A stretch of 49,775 nucleotides of DNA, taken from contig JBBRPR010000062.1 of the NCBI GenBank assembly GCA_038227875.1, positions 1-49,775 of the forward strand. Direction: 5' to 3'. The first letter of the stretch is position 1, and each line of letters starts with the position of its first letter. Under the pieces are notes generated by a model that searched no databases, had not been told where the DNA came from, and worked only from the letters and a program-made list of their open reading frames with translations. Shown in pieces: positions 1 to 9,658 of this stretch. Origin of the DNA: Planctomycetota bacterium. GTDB taxonomy: Bacteria; Planctomycetota; SZUA-567; H5-PLA8. The position numbers were made by a program, and so were the translations under genes.

Positions 1-85
1 CCGCCTCGTCAACGAAGAACCTGTCGAACTCGCTGAAGTTGCGCGGGTAGTCCCCGCCGCCAATCGATAACTGCAACTCTCCCAT
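1..85 (-). CDS. IS1595-family transposase, N-terminal 28 codons (runs off window)
   Basis: ATG at 85 gives MGELQLSIGGGDYPRNFSEFDRFFVDEA; DYPRxxxEFxxxFxxE resembles the segment preceding the zinc ribbon of IS1595 transposases. Absent from the ORF track. Confidence 0.75.
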   Translation of the reverse strand, partial: MGELQLSIGGGDYPRNFSEFDRFFVDEA

Positions 86-135
86 AGTAAGGGAACGCTA
101 TATCCTGGAGCCACTTGCGTAAAGTGGATACCCCC
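1..135 (-). mobile_element. Left end of an IS1595-family insertion sequence (continues beyond window start)
   Basis: Minus strand reads GGGGTATCCACTTTACGCAAGTGG at the point where the ABC transporter homology stops, followed ~50 nt later by a transposase-like ORF; exact end within the G run (131-136) is uncertain; other end not in window. Confidence 0.75.
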
Positions 136-1306
136 CTTTCACCTTAAATGCGATATTTTGCAGTGTCTTTGGCGCATTTGGGGCATCTGCGTTCTTGACA
201 TACGAAAAGTCGACATTGCAAAACTCGACATGCCCGTCCAGCTTGCTGACGCCGCGTGCGCCGGGTTTGTCCATAATTTCAGGCTGTTGCTTTAAGATCA
301 GATCCAAATTCTCGATGGACGTCACGGCCGGCTGCAGCGTCGCATTCAAGCTGATGAGGTCAGCGATGGGCCCGTGCAATTGTCCGAGCAAGCCGTAGAA
401 CGCCACCAACGATCCCAACGTCATGCTGCCCGACAGGACGCGGTGTCCACCGTACCAGAGCATGGCGATGACGCTGATGGACGCAGTAGCTTCCCAGAAG
501 ACCGTGATCAAATGCTGAGTGCGGCAGACGAAGAGCGTTTGTCGCAGCAGTTCATGAAGACGGCTCACGAAATCCAACCGCGCCCGTCTTTCGCCGCGAT
601 AGGTCTTAACCACGCGCATCCCGGAAAAGGTTTCACTGACACTGGCAGTGAGTGCGGCGTTATTGTCGTTCAATTTGCGGTAATGCGGTTTCAGGCGGTT
701 GGCAGAATACCAGAATCCAATAAAGAATAGCGGAACATTGAAACTGCTGATCACGGTCATGCGCGGATCGATGACCAATAAGGTGATGAGAATAAAAATT
801 AAGCGCACGCAGCTGGCGCTGCCGTTCACGAAGCCGGTGAGGAGCAACTGGCGTACGCATTCCGTGTCGCCCAGGACACGCGAGACGATGCGACCGACTT
901 GAAAATTATCGAGATAGCGCAGGGACATCTGCAAGAGATGGCCATGAAGTTTTCGGCGAACGTCGCGGACCACCAGCGAACCAATCAAGGCGCTGGTCTC
1001 GCGTTCGATAAAAATAGTCAGCGAACGTACAACGAGAAATCCAATCAGCCCCAGCGCCACCCAATTGAGCATCCGGCCGTTGCCTGACGGAATGACTTTG
1101 TCGATCACCATGCCAAATCCGATGGGCATGACGACGATCAAGGCCTGATTGACGACAAAGCAAACGGAAAGGATGGCGAGCAATTTGTAATGAGGCCGTA
1201 TGAAGCTCCAAAAACGCTTCAAAACCTTGAGTGTTTTTTCGGGGATTGGAGCTGCTTCTGCAGGCGCTCTTGAACTGCATTTGGAACGGACCGATTGCGA
1301 ATTCAC
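98..1306 (-). pseudogene. ABC exporter half-transporter (TMD + start of NBD), interrupted by IS insertion
   Basis: Complete ABC membrane domain and GHVEFCNVDFSY...TLQNIAFKVKGG, then the frame stops just before Walker A; last residues (YPLYASGSRI) are encoded by IS end sequence. Confidence 0.85.
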
Positions 1307-1838
1307 GAAGTAAGTTCCTTCCCAATCAAAGTGTTCAATTAATGTGTGGCCGCTTGTGGATCAATTTTAAGCGTCCACAAAGTTCGATAATGGGAGCAAG
1401 TATCGGGCCGGGATTAATTTCCATTTCCGTTGGAATTAATCTGCTGCGAACCGTCATAAAACCAATGGCTACTCATGAATTTCGATGGTGAGCGGCTGAA
1501 TTTCAAACAGCCAGAAAGGTGTCTCGTGGCTTTTTACCGAGGGACTCTGAGATATATAGTTGGTGAAGCCCGATGGATCGCTATTTTCGCAAGCGTTACT
1601 GATAGTGTTTGGGCTTGGGATCAATTTCGGCTTGGCCTTTGGCGCTGGTGACCGCGGTGCAGCGCTAATTATCTCTTCCTTCCTTATCATCAACCTGCTG
1701 CAAGATGGACTATGGCTGTGCCGCGCAATGACCAGTCTCCGCATAAAATCTAACACGATGCAGCGAGTCCAACGGCGTCGCTGGGATCGGTATCTTTCAA
1801 AACCATGCTCAAGGCGCACGTTGGATTGAATTCCAGCG

Positions 1839-2726
1839 TTAAGCTGTTCGTGCCAACTGCCGGTACGCGCTGGGTGTCAGCTTCTTCATGGCGCGAAACC
1901 TCCGGTTGAAGTTCGACAGATTGTTGAACCCCGCGGTGTACGCGATCTCCGTGATGTTCAGATCTGTCTCGATCAAGGCGCGGCAGGCGCGGCCGATGCG
2001 GAGCTCATTTAGATACGAGACGTACGTTTTGCCCACGCAACGCTTGAAGAAGCGGCTGAAGGCGGCCGGCGACAGGCGTACCTGCCGCGCGACTTCGCTT
2101 TGCGGCGGAATTTCGTCGGGATGGCTGTCGATGTAATTCAACACGGAGCTTAGGCGCCGGTGCGCTTCCTTGTTGGACTCGGGGTTGAGTGTGCAGGTCC
2201 CCAGCGCCAGGCAATCGCGCGAACTGGCGGCGGCGATCGTAGCGAGCATTGACAGCAGATCGAGCACGTGCTGAAACGAGCCTCGCGGGGTATCGCACAT
2301 CTTGCGCATCTGGGCCGCGATGAGTTGCCGCGTCTTGCCGGTGAGCGACAGGCCCGTGCGCGCGCGCTCGAAGAGTTCGGCGATGGGGCGTGCTTCGGGC
2401 CGCTCAAAGAAGTCTGCGCCCAAAAATTCCCGCTTGAACAAAATCACGATCGAATGCACCGATTCGCCGCGCGTCGGCACCGACTGCCACGTGTGCGGCG
2501 TGTTCGAGCCCAGCAGGCAGAGATCCCCTTCGCGGTAGTCCTGGATGGAATCGACCACGAAGCGCAGGCCGCGGCCCTTCACGATCAGCGTTAGTTCGAG
2601 CTCCGGGTGATAATGCCAGTTGAACGGGAAATGCGTGATCTTGCGGAACTCCTTGAACGCGAACGACGTATTCGGCTCAAGCGGGTGGTTTTCGAGGATG
2701 ATTCGCCGGCGTGGCGCAATTAGCAT
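1839..2726 (-). CDS. AraC-family transcriptional regulator with N-terminal cupin domain
   Basis: WHYHPELEL cupin motif; C-terminal ITEIAYTAGFNNLSNFNRRF; ATG 2726 has AGGGAG RBS (ORF track starts at 2798). Confidence 0.92.
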   Translation of the reverse strand: MLIAPRRRIILENHPLEPNTSFAFKEFRKITHFPFNWHYHPELELTLIVKGRGLRFVVDSIQDYREGDLCLLGSNTPHTWQSVPTRGESVHSIVILFKREFLGADFFERPEARPIAELFERARTGLSLTGKTRQLIAAQMRKMCDTPRGSFQHVLDLLSMLATIAAASSRDCLALGTCTLNPESNKEAHRRLSSVLNYIDSHPDEIPPQSEVARQVRLSPAAFSRFFKRCVGKTYVSYLNELRIGRACRALIETDLNITEIAYTAGFNNLSNFNRRFRAMKKLTPSAYRQLARTA

Positions 2727-2897
2727 GAACGTACTCCCTTGCCTGAATCGTACGTCAGAATTGTGAATAGAGGTTAAAAAAGTATCGAAAATAGTCAACC
2801 CCGTCGTAGTGCCAATTTGGAGGATCGCCTAAAAATTCTCCACTTCAGCGGTGAGGGACCACCGCGACGGAATCAAACTCTAAAGGAGCTTTCAAAC

Positions 2898-3722
2898 ATG
2901 TCGGCCACGCTTTTGGATCGCGATCTGGAAACCGCCTATACGCTCAAGCCCGAGCAGATCGCGCAGTTCCGCGAGCAGGGATTCATCAAGCTGAAGCAGG
3001 TGCTCTCCCCGGAGACGCTTGATTACTACGGCATGGAGATCACGCGTCAGGTCATCCGCCTCAATACGAACACCAAGCCGATGGCCGAGCGCACGACCTA
3101 CGAGAAAGCCTTCCTGCAAGTCGGCAACATCTGGCTGCAGAGCGAGATCGCCAAAGAATTCGTTTTCAGCAAGAAACTCGCGCGCATCGCGACGGACTTG
3201 ATGGGCGTACGCGGCGTGCGGCTCTATCACGATCAGGCACTCTACAAAGAACCCAGCGGCGGCATTACCCCCTGGCACGCCGACCAGTATTACTGGCCGC
3301 TGAGCAACATGAACACTTGCACGGTCTGGATTCCGTTCCAATACACTCCGCTGGAGATGGGCCCGCTCTCGTTTGCCGTCGGCAGCCACCGCTTCGAATA
3401 CGGCCGTGATCTGGGAATCAGCGACGAAAGCGAAGCGAAGCTCCAGAAGGCGCTGGCGGCGCAGAATTTCCCGTACGAAGAGAGCCTCTTCGACTTGGGC
3501 GAAGTCAGTTACCACTACGGCTGGTGCTATCATCGTGCCGGTCCCAACACGAGCAAGCTTTCGCGTTCGGTGATGACCGTGATCTACATGGATGAAGACA
3601 TTCGCGTTGCCGAACCGGCGAACGAAGCGCAGAAGAACGACTGGAAGGGCTGCCTGCCTGGCACGAAGATCGGCGACCTGGCTGCCAGTCCGATCAATCC
3701 GCTGCTTTATCACGCTGAGTAA
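2898..3722 (+). CDS. Phytanoyl-CoA dioxygenase (PhyH) family Fe(II)/2-oxoglutarate dioxygenase
   Basis: TPWHADQYYWP (HxD), later HRAGPN and R; AAGGAG RBS before ATG 2898; divergent from the AraC gene. Confidence 0.9.
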   Translation: MSATLLDRDLETAYTLKPEQIAQFREQGFIKLKQVLSPETLDYYGMEITRQVIRLNTNTKPMAERTTYEKAFLQVGNIWLQSEIAKEFVFSKKLARIATDLMGVRGVRLYHDQALYKEPSGGITPWHADQYYWPLSNMNTCTVWIPFQYTPLEMGPLSFAVGSHRFEYGRDLGISDESEAKLQKALAAQNFPYEESLFDLGEVSYHYGWCYHRAGPNTSKLSRSVMTVIYMDEDIRVAEPANEAQKNDWKGCLPGTKIGDLAASPINPLLYHAE

Positions 3723-3756
3723 ACAGGCGGTGGAAAGCTCCACTGAATGAGACTGT

Positions 3757-3793
3757 GTGCGGCGCGGCGAATATCGCCGCGCCGTGCTTTTTT
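3757..3793 (+). terminator. Intrinsic terminator after the PhyH gene
   Basis: CGGCGCGGCGA-ATA-TCGCCGCGCCG stem followed by a T6 tract. Confidence 0.8.
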
Positions 3794-3941
3794 CACCGGG
3801 AGTTCTCACATCTGGAAGGAGACGTCGCGAAATTGAGAAGACTACTCATGAACTCCCGTGCCCGTCACTGGGGAGAATGAGATTTCGGCGTGGCATATCA
3901 CTTGCCCTGCTCCCATCGGATATCTCGATATGGGAGTGCGT

Positions 3942-4142
3942 ATGAATCAGATGAATGACAAGCTATGCCGCAGTTGCCACTGGTTTCTGCCCGGAAATGG
4001 GTGCTGTTGTAGCAAATCAGAAGTCCGAAGTAAGGAACCGACAGGGACTTGCAAGGAATGGAGTCAGAACCCATTCGAGCGGTCAGGACTCGTGAGAGTT
4101 GTGGATGATACAGTGGGACCAAAATCTGCGACAGCTTCGTAA
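3942..4142 (+). CDS. Small Cys-rich hypothetical protein (66 aa)
   Basis: GGGAG RBS before ATG 3942; CRSCHWF...CCC...C-x2-W pattern suggests a metal-binding domain. Confidence 0.45.
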   Translation: MNQMNDKLCRSCHWFLPGNGCCCSKSEVRSKEPTGTCKEWSQNPFERSGLVRVVDDTVGPKSATAS

Positions 4143-4279
4143 GATATATATAGTTTTGAGAGAATCATCCGATTCTTTTTTGATCCGTTGACGAGCATGT
4201 TCGCTGCAACTGTCACCAAATTCTTGTAGATTCGCAGGCGAAGTAACGAATTCTCACACCCAATGGAGTTTTCCGATCG

Positions 4280-5920
4280 ATGCGTCTGCGTCCGCTCTTG
4301 CTATGCATCGTCGCTCTTTCCGCTCTCGGCCTACGGACGCATGGCAGCGAACTTTCTCCAGAGGCCGCGCTGGGCAAGCGCCTCTTTTTTGAGACCCGTT
4401 TCGCCCAGGCGTTCTTCGTGCAATCGAACGGCGACGTCAACGCGACGCTCTCCGCGGGCGATCCAAACCTGTCGCAAACGCAGACCACCGGAAGCGCGCT
4501 GCCAGGTCCATTTTCCGGCAAGACGATGAACTGCCGCAGTTGCCATCTCGAAGACGAACAGAAAGACGCGCCCGGGGGTGGCATCCGTACTTACGCCGAT
4601 TTCGCGCGGCGCACGCCGGTTCCCACGCGCGAAGACGGCAAGCTCACGACGCTTCGCAACACGCCCTCGCTCGTTTCGGCTCAGGCCAAGCGCAATAATT
4701 TCGTACTCCATTTCGACGGCGAATTCCCCACGGGCGCCGAGCTCGTGCAGGGCACGTTCACCGGCCGAAATTTCGGCTGGCTCCCCGGCGAACAGGCCAA
4801 AGCCGCCGCGCACATCGCCAACGTGATCCGCAAGGACAACGGCACCGGTGATCTGGCGCTGCAGTTTGGAGGTGCCTACGCCAAGGTCTTTGCCAGCGAT
4901 CCGAGTGTCCCTGCGGCGTTTCAATTGCCGAAGAAGCTGCGCCTGGATGTCTCGAAAGCTTCCGATGCTAAAATTCTCGCCGCCGTGGGTAACCTGGTGA
5001 ACGCGTTCCTGCAGACGCTGAAATTCAGCGCCGATTCCAGCGGAGTCTTCAACGGATCGCCATACGATCTCTTCCTCGTCCGCAACAATCTGCCGCGTGC
5101 GCCGAATGCGAAGGAAACGCGCCTCGATTATTCCCGCCGCTTGCGCGTCGCCGTCAACGCGCTGACCAATCCGGTGTTCGTTGGGCCCGGCGATGGCCAG
5201 TTCGCCACGCATGCCGTTCCCTATGTTTTTGGGACAGAGGAACTCGCCGGTCTAAAGCTGTTCCTCGCCGAAGCCCCGATCCCCGCACCGACCGGGCCCG
5301 GCGCGCCGACTGGCGGCGTGGGAAACTGCGTCGGCTGCCACACGGCGCCGGAGTTTACGGACTTCGCGTTCCACAACATCGGCGTATCGCAGCTGGAATA
5401 CGATGGCGTTCACGGCAGCGGCGCATTCATGGCGCTGAAACTTCCGACGCTCGCCGACCGAAAGCTCAATCCGTCGGCGACGCTTCCTGCCAATGCCAGG
5501 CACCCGTCGTACGCCGGGCCGTTCGCATCGATTCCGTCCACGGACAACGCCAACGCGGTGGATCTGGGATTGTGGAATGTCTATGCCAACCCCGATCTCA
5601 AGAATCCGCAGAAGGCGCTGAAAAAGCTTGCGCAGCTTCAATTCGGAAAGTTGAAGGACAACGCGCTGCTCGACAAAACGGTCGCCACGTTCAAAACACC
5701 CGGCCTGCGCGATCTCCTCGATTCGCAGCCGTACTTTCACGACGGCAGTGTCGATACGCTGCAAGGCACGCTCAATTTCTACGTGCTGGTCGGCACGCTC
5801 GCTCGCGCCAATCAGATCCGCAATCCCGATCCGCGTCTGGCCGGAATCGCGCTGACCTTTAGCGAGACCGTGCAGATCACGAAATTTCTGACCGCGCTGA
5901 CCGAAGACTTTAAAGATTGA
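4280..5920 (+). CDS. Exported di-haem cytochrome c peroxidase / MauG superfamily protein
   Basis: Signal peptide, LGKRLFFE, CRSCH and CVGCH haem motifs, RNTPSL, FKTPGLRDL...PYFHDG. Confidence 0.88.
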   Translation: MRLRPLLLCIVALSALGLRTHGSELSPEAALGKRLFFETRFAQAFFVQSNGDVNATLSAGDPNLSQTQTTGSALPGPFSGKTMNCRSCHLEDEQKDAPGGGIRTYADFARRTPVPTREDGKLTTLRNTPSLVSAQAKRNNFVLHFDGEFPTGAELVQGTFTGRNFGWLPGEQAKAAAHIANVIRKDNGTGDLALQFGGAYAKVFASDPSVPAAFQLPKKLRLDVSKASDAKILAAVGNLVNAFLQTLKFSADSSGVFNGSPYDLFLVRNNLPRAPNAKETRLDYSRRLRVAVNALTNPVFVGPGDGQFATHAVPYVFGTEELAGLKLFLAEAPIPAPTGPGAPTGGVGNCVGCHTAPEFTDFAFHNIGVSQLEYDGVHGSGAFMALKLPTLADRKLNPSATLPANARHPSYAGPFASIPSTDNANAVDLGLWNVYANPDLKNPQKALKKLAQLQFGKLKDNALLDKTVATFKTPGLRDLLDSQPYFHDGSVDTLQGTLNFYVLVGTLARANQIRNPDPRLAGIALTFSETVQITKFLTALTEDFKD

Positions 5921-5946
5921 ACGAAACAGGCGTGGGCTGCGCCGCG

Positions 5947-7095
5947 TTACTTTGCCGTCGCAGTGCCCTTAGCCACCACGTAGGTGATGGTCGGCCCGCC
6001 GTTGTAACCGCTGAAAATCGTCACGGGATTGATCGAGAAGCTCGTCCCGATCAGTCCCAAGCTTCCCGGCACGTTGCTTTCACCATCGGTGCTCATTACC
6101 AATCCCAGTAGCGAGATTAAGTTCAGGCCCTTGGCTTGGATCGTCACCGTGGGTGATTTCCCGGCAGACAACTTTGCAGTGAACGGCCCCGTCACTTTCG
6201 AGCCTGAGACGTTGGCCGTGAACGTCGCACTGCCGATGTAAAGATACAGATTCGTGAGCCCCGCCAACGTCGGTTTGCCGCGCGACGTTTTCGGGAGTTG
6301 CGCCAACACGTCGCCCAGATTGCCGATGACCGCCGAGAACTTGCTCTTGCCGCCATTCGGATCGCTGGCCTTGACGGAGAATTTGACTTTCAAGGTCGAG
6401 GTTGTCGGTACGGTTGGCGCCGGAGGCGCAACATTCAAACCGGTTCCAGTCCCAGTCCCGGTTCCTGTGCCAGTACCAGTACCAATACCAGTTCCGGTCC
6501 CTGTCCCTGTTGAAGTCCCGGTGCCAGTGCCTGTCCCCGTGCCTGTTCCTGTTCCCGTCCCAGTCCCCGTGCCTGTTCCTGTTCCTGTTCCTGTTCCTGT
6601 TCCAGTTCCAGTGCCCGTTCCTGTCCCCGTGTCCGTACCGGTCCCCGTGCCTGTGCCCGGATCCACCACCGTAACTGAGCCAAACATTCCGGATTGATTG
6701 CCGCCGTGGATGTTACAGTGGTAAAAAAACTGGCCTACGGAGTTGAACGTGAATTGAAACGTAGTTCCCGGCAGCATCGTGCCCGAATCCCACAGCAACG
6801 TATCGCTGGTAGTCGTATGATTGATCCCCGACGAACTGGGGTTGGTCCAGACGACGGTGTCGCCGATGTTGACCGTTACATTCTGCTGAGTGAAGGCGAT
6901 CCCGATGTCCGTGACATTCGTCGTGCTACGAGACCCCACGCCCGCGTGCCGGACTGCCACGCTTAACGGTTTACCAGCGCAACACGATCCACTGTTTCCA
7001 CTCGCTGGAGGTGTCGGGGTGGGCTCCGCCGCCATCAGCGGCCATGCCGCGAGCGCAATCAGAGCCACCGCTGTTACGATTCGTGTTGTCGTCAC
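5947..7095 (-). CDS. Exported cupredoxin (plastocyanin/amicyanin-like) protein with Gly-Thr linker and unknown C-terminal domain
   Basis: Signal peptide; [11 protein letters not shown]...NHT...FFYHCNIH...GM gives His/Cys/His/Met type-1 copper ligands. Confidence 0.85.
   Translation of the reverse strand: MTTTRIVTAVALIALAAWPLMAAEPTPTPPASGNSGSCCAGKPLSVAVRHAGVGSRSTTNVTDIGIAFTQQNVTVNIGDTVVWTNPSSSGINHTTTSDTLLWDSGTMLPGTTFQFTFNSVGQFFYHCNIHGGNQSGMFGSVTVVDPGTGTGTGTDTGTGTGTGTGTGTGTGTGTGTGTGTGTGTGTGTGTGTGTSTGTGTGTGIGTGTGTGTGTGTGTGLNVAPPAPTVPTTSTLKVKFSVKASDPNGGKSKFSAVIGNLGDVLAQLPKTSRGKPTLAGLTNLYLYIGSATFTANVSGSKVTGPFTAKLSAGKSPTVTIQAKGLNLISLLGLVMSTDGESNVPGSLGLIGTSFSINPVTIFSGYNGGPTITYVVAKGTATAK
6437..6660 (-). 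repeat. Coding (Gly-Thr)n repeat, about 74 aa
   Basis: Hexamer repeat GGN ACN with variable third positions; three non-GT residues (D, S, I). Confidence 0.95.
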
Positions 7096-7335
7096 GCAGT
7101 GGTCATCCTAAAAAAGTACAAATCATTGAAGCGCGCGCATTTATATCGATTATGCGGATCACTTATTGCAGCCCATCTTGACACGACGGACCATTGAATT
7201 CAAGCCAGACTTCCCCAGTAGAATGTAGGCAACGTCCGCCCCTATTGCATCAATCGACCTGTGCGAAGACTTCGTGGGTGTCTGCCGCGTGCATTTTTGA
7301 ATTCTCAATTGTGAATTTCGTCCTACGCTGAACGG

Positions 7336-8181
7336 ATGACTTCTGAAATTCCCTTGGTCCTTGGCGGGCACTCGTTCATCCGGCAGCTCGGCAACGACGC
7401 GATGCCGACGCCCGACGAACAAGCCGCGATCGTCGCCGGATGCCTCGACGCTGGCATCCGCTGGTTCGACACGACCTACCAGCCCGAACGCGTAGCGTTG
7501 GGCGTAGCGCTCAAGCGGCTTGGCCGCCGCGACGAAGCGACGGTCATTGCGTGGAATTTCTTTCACGGGTTCGGCCCCGGCGACGATCATGTCGGCCCGC
7601 CCGACTATTATCGCCCGCACCACTTGGACGCCATGCTCGGCGAATTGGAGACCGACCGCATCGATATGCTGGTCGTTCATCCGCTCCAGGATCCCAATGA
7701 AAACGCCCGGCAACTTGACCTCGCCTGCGCTTGGCGCGACACCCGCCGCGTGAAGGCGCTGGGTCTGTGGGCGCCGGATGAACACTGCGCGCGCACCTAT
7801 GTCGCCGCCAATCCGTACACCTTCATGGTCCGGCCGTGCAACGTGCTCACGCCCGAAGCCGCGCCAATCTTCGCCGCGGCCAAGTCGCTGCACTGGACCA
7901 CACTGGCGTGCTCGCCATTCCTGCGCGGCTGGCATCTCGACAAGTTGATCGCCACCGTCGTCGCTACAGGCTTGAACGAAGCCAGCGCGCGCGAAAAACT
8001 CGCCGATTTGCTGCTGCGCTTCTCGCTTTTCCAGCCCCACGTCGACCGCCTGATCGTTTCGATCCGCAAGACCGCGTGGATCGCGAAAAACGCTGCCTCG
8101 GTTCAGCGCGGGCCACTTCACGCCGATGAGCTCTCGTGGCTGGCGAAAATCGGTGCGTCGCTTAAAGTCGACGGATCATGA
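7336..8181 (+). CDS. Aldo/keto reductase-like protein
   Basis: LDAGIRWFDT, TDRIDMLVVH, VKALGL, ACSPF motifs. Confidence 0.78.
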   Translation: MTSEIPLVLGGHSFIRQLGNDAMPTPDEQAAIVAGCLDAGIRWFDTTYQPERVALGVALKRLGRRDEATVIAWNFFHGFGPGDDHVGPPDYYRPHHLDAMLGELETDRIDMLVVHPLQDPNENARQLDLACAWRDTRRVKALGLWAPDEHCARTYVAANPYTFMVRPCNVLTPEAAPIFAAAKSLHWTTLACSPFLRGWHLDKLIATVVATGLNEASAREKLADLLLRFSLFQPHVDRLIVSIRKTAWIAKNAASVQRGPLHADELSWLAKIGASLKVDGS

Positions 8182-8630
8182 AACCCATTTGTTTCTTCGC
8201 GGTAGCCCTGCTGAGCGTCAGCGCGCTGACGGGCTGCTGTCACGACGACGGCTGCCGCACCGAATCCGCTCCCACCAACGCAACAGCTGCAGTCGCCGCA
8301 TCGCCTGCGGCCGACGTTTACGTCAAGACTGAACTTTATTTCGGCCTCTCGAAGCCCGGCGGCGTGGTCTCCGCGGCCGAATGGACGGCTTTTCTCGACG
8401 AACACGTCACGCCTGCGTTTCCCGACGGCCTCACCGTTCTGGATGGCAGCGGCCAATGGAAGAACGGCGCCGGCACGATCGTGAAAGAGAGTTCGAAGGT
8501 GCTGGTCCTGATCCACAAGCCCGGACCGGACGCCAACGGCAAGCTCGATGCGATCATCGCCGCGTACAAGAAGCTTTTTCAGCAGGAATCCGTGCTCCGC
8601 GTGACGACCGCCGCAAGCGTTTCGTTTTAG
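8178..8630 (+). CDS. DUF3574-family lipoprotein
   Basis: Lipobox LTGC; TELYFGL, FLDEHVTPAFPDGLTV, YKKLFQQESVLRV; ATGA overlap with upstream gene. Confidence 0.88.
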   Translation: MKPICFFAVALLSVSALTGCCHDDGCRTESAPTNATAAVAASPAADVYVKTELYFGLSKPGGVVSAAEWTAFLDEHVTPAFPDGLTVLDGSGQWKNGAGTIVKESSKVLVLIHKPGPDANGKLDAIIAAYKKLFQQESVLRVTTAASVSF

Positions 8631-8632
8631 AA

Positions 8633-9481
8633 CTATCTGCCGCACGTCGCCGTGATGAAGTTCCCGAACGCGTCGGATACTTTCGCTGCGTTGAACGTGA
8701 AAAAATCCTGGTGATCCGCGCCTTCGAGCGGCAGGCTCGTGACAGGCGCCGTCGCCGCCTGGATCAGCCGCTCCGACATCGCAAACGGAATCAAACGGTC
8801 CTTCGTTCCGTGTCCGATCAAGATGGGGCAGTGGACGTTGCCGATTTTCCGTTCGCTCTCAAACTTGTGGCTCAAGATCCCGGAGATCAAAAACGTCGGC
8901 AGGAACGGATACAAGTTGTGTCCCATGCCGGCCATGCTGGTGAATGTGCTGAACGTCGCCAGCCCCGCGGCGGGTTTGCGCGTGGCAAGATCGATCGCCA
9001 CTGCGCCGCCCAACGACCAACCTGCGATGATGATCTTGCTCGTGTCGATGTCGGTGCGCGTCATCAGGTGTTCGTACGCCGCGTCTGCCGATGCGTAACA
9101 TCCCGCTTCGCTGGCAACGCCATCGCTCATACCAAATCCACAGTATTCTGGAATGATGACGTTGACGTCCATGTGGCGAAATTCATTGAACATCTGCATC
9201 GCCGACTGCAGGCACATTGCATTCCCGTAGCAGAACAGCACCGTCGGCCGCGATTTCGCATTGGCGTCGACTGCGCCGCTGGTGTCCAGCGCCGTACCAA
9301 AGAGCGCTTTGATGGTGACGTTGTCGGCTGTCTTCAGCGCCAGCACTTCGTAACCCGGCCGCGGCGCGACTATCGCATCGGCATGCCCCTGTGATCCCGC
9401 GCCAGGAAAAATAAGCTTCCGTTGCGCGACATAAAGAAAAATCAAAATGCCGACGTAAGCCAGCAGCAGAATACGCAGCAT
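8633..9481 (-). CDS. Alpha/beta hydrolase (ABHD13/YhfR-like), membrane anchored
   Basis: QRKLIFPG, GNA, EYCGFG, GWSLGG nucleophile elbow, HGTKDRLIP, ADH. Start uncertain (frame open to 9604). Confidence 0.88.
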   Translation of the reverse strand: MLRILLLAYVGILIFLYVAQRKLIFPGAGSQGHADAIVAPRPGYEVLALKTADNVTIKALFGTALDTSGAVDANAKSRPTVLFCYGNAMCLQSAMQMFNEFRHMDVNVIIPEYCGFGMSDGVASEAGCYASADAAYEHLMTRTDIDTSKIIIAGWSLGGAVAIDLATRKPAAGLATFSTFTSMAGMGHNLYPFLPTFLISGILSHKFESERKIGNVHCPILIGHGTKDRLIPFAMSERLIQAATAPVTSLPLEGADHQDFFTFNAAKVSDAFGNFITATCGR

Positions 9482-9658
9482 GCGCCAATACCATTTCAGG
9501 GGAGGGCGCTTGGCGGGCGCAGGCGGAGGAGGCGAGGTTGGATGCCAGTTCCATTCGCACCAGCGTAAGGTATAGGAACACCTGTGTGAAATAAAATCAT
9601 GCAAAGATCATACGCTAGATCAACGTCGTCATGCACGCGTGCCAAACCGCAACTCTGT

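Noticed and set aside
1560..1829. 89-aa hydrophobic ORF
   Set aside because: TTG start, no clear RBS or motif; possible but unsupported.
3966..3980. CRSCH as a c-type haem site in the small ORF
   Set aside because: No signal peptide and additional Cys residues favour a metal-binding motif; identity with the peroxidase CRSCH is probably coincidence.
9482..9604. Frameshifted N-terminus of the alpha/beta hydrolase (out-of-frame ATG near 9554)
   Set aside because: A usable in-frame ATG precedes the TM helix; cannot distinguish without homologues or reads.
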